From the NCBI GenBank assembly GCA_963719945.1, contig CAVRDX010000002.1, forward strand, positions 48,529-112,528: 64,000 nt of DNA, written 5' to 3'. How positions within the stretch are numbered: position 1 is the stretch's first letter; every line of letters begins with the position of its first letter. A program made the position numbers and the translations under genes. The DNA comes from an uncultured Thermoplasmata archaeon (GTDB lineage Archaea; Thermoplasmatota; Thermoplasmata; UBA10834). Below are positions 59,306 through 64,000 of the stretch, in pieces. Under the pieces are notes generated by a model, which was not told where the DNA came from, made no database searches, and saw only the letters and a program-made list of their open reading frames with translations.

Positions 59306-60664
59306 TCACTTCCCTTTCTCCACCTCCTTGATGGATTCCTCGAGCGCGTCGATTCCGAAATCGACCTGCTCACGGGAGATCACCAGAGGCGGAGCAATCC
59401 TGAAGCAGTTCTCTCCTGCACCTATGGCCACCACGCCCTTCCTCCAGGCATTGTGGATGATGTCGTGGGCGCCTGCGCCGTGCTTCGCCTTCGTCTTCTT
59501 GTCCTTGACGATCTCTATGCCGATCATCAGACCCTTGCCTCGGACATCGCCTATGATCTCCGAGCGCTCCTGGATCTCCCTCATGCGCTTCATGATGTAA
59601 TCGCCTTGCTTCGTGGCGTTCTCCATCAACTTCTCGTTCTCTATCACGCGGATGGTCGCTAGAGAGGCTTCACAAGCCACTGGAGTGCCGCCGAGTGTAG
59701 TGCAGTGGGAACCTGCATCCCAGTCGAATACATCGGCGCGTCCTATCGTGGCGCCGAGAGATATCCCTCCGCCGAGTGCCTTCGAGCTGCATATGACATC
59801 TGGGACGATATCGAAGTGCTCGACCGCCCACCATTTTCCGGTCCTGCCCATGCCGCACTGGACCTCGTCCACGCCGAACAGGATGCCGTACTTGTCGAAG
59901 AGCTTCTTCAGACGCTTGAGGTAGTCCTTCGGGGGAACGACATATCCGCCCTCACCCTGGATCGGCTCAATCAGGGATGCGGCCACCTCCTGCGGCGGCA
60001 CATACTTCTTCAGGACATAATCATCGATGAAGTCGACGCACCAATAGTCGCAGTCTGGGAAGTTCATCTTGTACGGGCAGCGGTAGCAGTACGCATATGG
60101 CACATGGTACACTCCAGGCATCGTCGGGAAGTACCGTGCCTTCTGGATGATGCTGCTGGCCGTGAAGCTCAGGGCACCCATGCTCCTCCCGTGGAAAGCT
60201 CCCGTGAACGCAAGGAACAGAGGCCGTTTCGAATGCCATCGGGTCACCTTCGCAAAAGCTTCGATGCTCTCGGCACCGCTCCCGCTGAAAAATACCTTCT
60301 TGGCGAAATCACCGGGAGTTATCTCATTGAGCTTCTCCGCGAGCTCGACGGCGTACCGGTAGTAGAAATCCGTGTACGAATAGTGAAGCAGGCGTTTCGC
60401 CTGGTTCTCTATCGCCTTCACCACTTCAGGGTGGCAATGGCCCACGTTCATGGCACCGAGGCCCGCATTGAAGTCGAGGAACTCGTTCCCATCGATATCC
60501 TCAATGATGCAGCCGCTCCCCTTCTCGACCACGAACGGATAGTAGAAGGGTCGGTTATACGGCGAAAGGACTGCCTTGTCCCTAGCCACGACTGCCTTGG
60601 CCTTCGGTCCTGGAGGGTCTACAACTCTTTTCAAAGAAACCTTCTTGTTTTGTTCAGTATTCAA
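59306..60664 (-). CDS. Class III PLP aminotransferase (acetylornithine/GABA aminotransferase family)
   Basis: DIDGNEFLDF, SGAESIEA, FHGRSMG, EPIQGEGG, DEVQCGMGRTG, SSKALGGG. TTG start after GAGGGG. Confidence 0.92.
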   Translation of the reverse strand: MNTEQNKKVSLKRVVDPPGPKAKAVVARDKAVLSPYNRPFYYPFVVEKGSGCIIEDIDGNEFLDFNAGLGAMNVGHCHPEVVKAIENQAKRLLHYSYTDFYYRYAVELAEKLNEITPGDFAKKVFFSGSGAESIEAFAKVTRWHSKRPLFLAFTGAFHGRSMGALSFTASSIIQKARYFPTMPGVYHVPYAYCYRCPYKMNFPDCDYWCVDFIDDYVLKKYVPPQEVAASLIEPIQGEGGYVVPPKDYLKRLKKLFDKYGILFGVDEVQCGMGRTGKWWAVEHFDIVPDVICSSKALGGGISLGATIGRADVFDWDAGSHCTTLGGTPVACEASLATIRVIENEKLMENATKQGDYIMKRMREIQERSEIIGDVRGKGLMIGIEIVKDKKTKAKHGAGAHDIIHNAWRKGVVAIGAGENCFRIAPPLVISREQVDFGIDALEESIKEVEKGK

Positions 60665-60767
60665 TTTACCCCTCTTCGGGCTCTGAACATGTGAACGCAG
60701 AACCACTAATTTAGATTTTCCTTCTAGAATTGGTCTCCGGATGAAAGCTTTATTCGAGGACAGTTGC

Positions 60768-61637
60768 ATGGCCGTCATGATGCCAACGTTGCTGGTAAGG
60801 TACGGAGAACTCGGTCTCAAGAGCGACAGTGTCAGGAGCAGGTTCGAGCAGGCCTTGGTCCAGGACATAAGGAGAAAACACGCATTGGCAGGTGTCCCGT
60901 GCGTGATCACATCGCCTCGCGGCAGAGTATTCGTCGACTCCGATGATTGGCACAAGAGCTGCGAGATACTGTCACGCACTTTCGGTGTGGTGTCGTTCAG
61001 CCCGGTCACCAGGGTGTCCAGCGATTTCGAGACCTTGAAACAGGAGATAAGAGCGTTCGCAGAGCCACTGGTGTTCGAAAGCGCCACATTCGCCATAAGG
61101 GCCAGGAGGACCGGGAACCATCCCTACACCAGCCAATCACTCGGCAGGGACCTGGGTTCGGCCGTGTTCACATCATTCATAGACAAGAACCTGAAGGTCG
61201 ACCTCGGGGAGCCAGATGTCGAGATATTCGTCGAGGTGAGGGAACGCGAGGCGTATTTGCACAGCTCGAAGCTGCCTGGACCAGGAGGAATGCCCAAGGG
61301 GACTCAGGGCAAGGTACTCTCGATTGTGGAGTCGGAACGGGGCCTCGCGTCCTCCTGGCTCCTCATGAAGCGCGGGTGCAACGTGCAGATAGCCACCAAG
61401 AACCACGAACTTGCTGCACCTCTGACAGCATGGAACCCGGACCTAAAGGTCATGGATCCCGAGGACAACCTCTTCTCACTCGCATGGAGGAAGGAATGCT
61501 CTGGGCTTGCGTTCGAGTGGGGCATTGCCGACCTCGACAAGAGGCCAGCACCTAAGGGAGACCTTCCGGTATTCTATCCATTGGTTGGCATGACCTCGGA
61601 AGAGGTGCACGCGCTCATCAAGCGGGTGAATGCCTAG
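60768..61637 (+). CDS. ThiI-like THUMP-domain protein with degenerate PP-loop and short C-terminus
   Basis: VRYGELGLKS..VR..FE, FGVVSFSP, TFAIRARR.G.H, VDL..PD, GPGGMP.GTQGKV; SGGxDS replaced by ESERG. Confidence 0.85.
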   Translation: MAVMMPTLLVRYGELGLKSDSVRSRFEQALVQDIRRKHALAGVPCVITSPRGRVFVDSDDWHKSCEILSRTFGVVSFSPVTRVSSDFETLKQEIRAFAEPLVFESATFAIRARRTGNHPYTSQSLGRDLGSAVFTSFIDKNLKVDLGEPDVEIFVEVREREAYLHSSKLPGPGGMPKGTQGKVLSIVESERGLASSWLLMKRGCNVQIATKNHELAAPLTAWNPDLKVMDPEDNLFSLAWRKECSGLAFEWGIADLDKRPAPKGDLPVFYPLVGMTSEEVHALIKRVNA

Positions 61638-62329
61638 GTACCCTTTCTGTTGTGAGCGCCGAGCGAGGGTCTGACCTTCTCAGAACCTCTGCCTCTCGAC
61701 CTGACTAGGCCACGACCCTTCTTTCCAGCCGGGGTAAGTCCCCTGAAGGCCCTGGTCGAGTTCTTCGGACGGCATATCCAGTTGATCTTCGGATCGGACT
61801 TGATGACCGGGTGATTCGGGTCGACCATGATGACTTCGAACCACTTGTGCTTGCCATCCTCTCCAACCCAGTAAGACGCAAGAGCCTCCAGGTTCGGGTA
61901 CTTCTTGGACACCCTCTCCTCTGCGACCCTCTGGATGTTCTTCCTCATTGTGATCTTAAGAATTCCCTTCCTCTTGGGCTTGCGACCCTTTCGGATCCTG
62001 TGCTTTCTCAGGCCACCCTTCCTGACCTTGGCCCTGACGATGATGTAACCCTGCTTGGCCTTGTACCCAAGGGCGCGTGCCTTGTCGATTCTTGTTGGCT
62101 TGTCAACACGAACGAAGGTCCCTTCCTTCCTCCAATCGACATATCGCTGCCACATGACATCGTACATGTCGTCCGTGGACAGGTCCTTCCAGGCCTCTCC
62201 GACATAATGATACATGTTCTTTCCGCTGCGGCCCTTCTTCGATTCCGCTGCAGGCTTTGCTGCGGGTGCCTCAGCTGCCTTCGTCTTCTGCTCCTTCTTC
62301 TTTGGAGCTGCCTTTCCCTCTTCCGCCAT
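61634..62329 (-). CDS. rpl15e: 50S ribosomal protein L15e (eL15) with N-terminal extension
   Basis: PTRIDKARALGYKAKQG, R.RKGG, AEERV..KYPNLE.L.SYWVGEDG.HKWFEVIMVDP.HP.I, RGLT.AGKK.RGL. Confidence 0.98.
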   Translation of the reverse strand: MAEEGKAAPKKKEQKTKAAEAPAAKPAAESKKGRSGKNMYHYVGEAWKDLSTDDMYDVMWQRYVDWRKEGTFVRVDKPTRIDKARALGYKAKQGYIIVRAKVRKGGLRKHRIRKGRKPKRKGILKITMRKNIQRVAEERVSKKYPNLEALASYWVGEDGKHKWFEVIMVDPNHPVIKSDPKINWICRPKNSTRAFRGLTPAGKKGRGLVRSRGRGSEKVRPSLGAHNRKGT

Positions 62330-62334
62330 TGAAA

Positions 62335-62412
62335 TCACATCCAGCCGTTCACGGGTTCACGCCAAAGCGCACATTCCCATGCGAGACCGAGGGGGTCTCA
62401 CCGCTGTGGAAC
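62335..62412 (-). ncRNA. Probable eL15 ribosomal leader (eL15-Euryarchaeota-like r-leader)
   Basis: About 80-nt leader between TATA (TTTATATAA, 62430-62438) and rpl15e, with GAGACC/GGTCTC hairpin and GGAATGTG..TGAACC segment. Confidence 0.55.
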
Positions 62413-62462
62413 GACACAAAAGTGTTGCGTTATATAAACCTATTGGGGCCAGAGCGCACCCA

Positions 62463-63299
62463 TCAACCCTTTTCAGCGGATATCATCGCACAACAGGATT
62501 CGGACTCCTCCAACGGTTCACCCAGATACATCCGTATGGCAGCGGATGATGGTTCGAGTCCGTTCGACTCCGCGAACCTGAGCGCGCGAGGATTGTTCCC
62601 CGCGATGCAGAATCGATATCGGTTTGTCCCAGCCCTCGTCTCAGAACGGAGCAGTCGCGTTGCCACGTCCTCTCGGCCAGGAGCGCATATGCATGGACCC
62701 ACATGGACGATGGCATCTCCGGTCCTACCCATGATATAGCCCAATACCTCACCGTCCTCGTTTATCATGAAGCTCCGATCAGGGGTGTCATAATGTATCT
62801 CTCGAAGGACCCTTCCTCGATCGATACCAGTCTGGGCAAGGTCGAACGAGCAAATATCATCGAGGTCGTCAGATTCGATACGGGTCGCCCCACCATCGGA
62901 TGCGCTTTCCTTCCCGACGAATCTCATGGAGTCGAACTCTCGGATGAAACCGAATTTGCCATAGAACCTCTCGACCCCTTGGACACTATCCAGCTTGATC
63001 GTCCGTATCCCGGATGAACGGATGATATCAAGGCAACTCTGCATAAGAAGTCTGGCGACCCCCATTCCGCGGAATCCTTCCATCACAATCAGCGAATGGA
63101 TCCAAGCGACGTTCTCATACCTCAACACGCCCACGACGCCGGCGTCCCGTCCGTCGTGCACGGCTTTGAAGACCGCTTCAGGGTCCAGACGAACCAACCT
63201 CTGCCAGTCCGTGACGGATCTGTTCCATCCCTCTTTGTCGGTCAGTATCTTGCCGAACGGGATGTCATGGATATGGAATCGCACTATCTCGGGCTTCAC
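62463..63299 (-). CDS. GNAT family N-acetyltransferase (two-domain, YitH-like)
   Basis: EGWN....DW, LIV..GFRGMGVARLL, FYGKFGF, D....GIDR..VL. Confidence 0.88.
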   Translation of the reverse strand: MKPEIVRFHIHDIPFGKILTDKEGWNRSVTDWQRLVRLDPEAVFKAVHDGRDAGVVGVLRYENVAWIHSLIVMEGFRGMGVARLLMQSCLDIIRSSGIRTIKLDSVQGVERFYGKFGFIREFDSMRFVGKESASDGGATRIESDDLDDICSFDLAQTGIDRGRVLREIHYDTPDRSFMINEDGEVLGYIMGRTGDAIVHVGPCICAPGREDVATRLLRSETRAGTNRYRFCIAGNNPRALRFAESNGLEPSSAAIRMYLGEPLEESESCCAMISAEKG

Positions 63300-63346
63300 A
63301 GGGTTCGAAACGACCTAATCGCTATTCCATGTTTGCGGTCCCTAGA

Positions 63347-64000
63347 TCACATGAAATCGTCCAGGTTCAGCTTCTTGTCGGTCTTCTTCACAGTGTTGTT
63401 CGGTCTTGCGGCGGTCTTCTTGCTCCCGAAATCGTTGTCGAACAAGGTGACCTGCTGGGATCCGCTCACGAGGGACTTGCCGTCCCATCCGAACGAATCG
63501 GTCACACGGGATATGGTCGATGCTAGGCGTGTGGCGTAGTATTTGTAATCAGGTTTAGCCGTGAATTCCCTGCCCTCGACCCATGGTTCGACGTCGTTCG
63601 GGGACTTCCTGCCATCTATGACGACCCACGAGACCTTCATGCCGGGCTGGAACTCGTAGCCCATCTCCTGCAATTTCTTGGCGGCGCGGACGTTGACCAT
63701 TCGGTCGCTCGATTTGTAAGAGTCAAAGTCACGGACGGTCCTCGAAATGACCAGCCGGGAAGGGTCCACATTCCCTGCGATGAGGTCGTCTATGACCTTG
63801 CGTGTGTATTCCACCGCGCCCTCGTTGTCGCCGTCGAGCACCTTCTCCAGCACCGTCTGGAGAGCCTCGCTCTGAAGGTCGAACGAATCGGACCGTCGCA
63901 TCTCATACCCGCGAACGACCAGTTCCTTCCTGGGCCATACCATCCTGCCGACATACCTCTTCTTCACACCATGCGAGAAGAACGGCTCCATGATCTTCTC
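63347..64000 (-). CDS. polB: Family B DNA polymerase, C-terminal part (5' end beyond window)
   Basis: KKRYVG, VRGYEMRRSD, LVISRTV, G.KVSWV, DYKYY. Confidence 0.92.
   Translation of the reverse strand, partial: EKIMEPFFSHGVKKRYVGRMVWPRKELVVRGYEMRRSDSFDLQSEALQTVLEKVLDGDNEGAVEYTRKVIDDLIAGNVDPSRLVISRTVRDFDSYKSSDRMVNVRAAKKLQEMGYEFQPGMKVSWVVIDGRKSPNDVEPWVEGREFTAKPDYKYYATRLASTISRVTDSFGWDGKSLVSGSQQVTLFDNDFGSKKTAARPNNTVKKTDKKLNLDDFM

Noticed and set aside
60665-61096. ORF-track N-terminal extension of the aminotransferase (596 aa)
   Set aside because: It overlaps the THUMP gene antisense; the real start is likely TTG 60664 after a ribosome-binding site.
62548-62575. GGTTCGAGTCC resembling a tRNA T-loop (also TGGTTCGAATC near 36551)
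   Set aside because: No cloverleaf; the first lies inside the GNAT CDS.
1-64000. CRISPR arrays, transposases, integrases, rRNA/tRNA and the many antisense shadow ORFs in the track
   Set aside because: No regularly spaced repeats or mobility genes seen; shadow ORFs overlap well-supported genes and lack motifs.

Overview
Archaeal chromosomal DNA, most likely an uncultured, heterotrophic Thermoplasmatota. This is inferred from rpl15e, a family-B DNA polymerase, a ThiI-like THUMP protein, aldehyde:ferredoxin oxidoreductase (AOR), TATA-box promoters and GGAGG/GGTGA ribosome-binding sites. I found no rRNA, tRNA, CRISPR array or mobile element. The left end has a non-pyrrolysine MttB-family methyltransferase. 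The most striking locus follows at 1454-4855: a zinc-ribbon membrane protein, a DUF2207-like membrane protein ending in a Gly-rich linker plus (Cys-Ala)6-GGGR, and a translationally coupled radical SAM/SPASM enzyme with a PqqD/RRE-like N-terminus. This is a candidate system that post-translationally modifies a membrane protein's Cys-rich tail. From about 5 to 28 kb lies an accessory patchwork of zinc-ribbon proteins, secreted hydrolases and membrane proteins, including a membrane-anchored wHTH/beta-propeller pair. The 28-55 kb stretch encodes peptide scavenging and metabolism: an Opp/Dpp operon, a binding protein fused to PKD domains, clostripain paralogs (three in the window), a C45 hydrolase, AOR and an ABC permease carrying PKD domains. 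From 55 to 64 kb are an aminotransferase/MmsA/ferritin-like cluster with a structured leader, a ThiI homolog lacking its PP-loop, rpl15e with a probable ribosomal leader, a GNAT and the 3' end of polB. A recurrent AAACYNYTT plus pyrimidine-tract motif follows many stop codons. All calls come from reading motifs by eye; no database searches were run, and several start codons are estimates.
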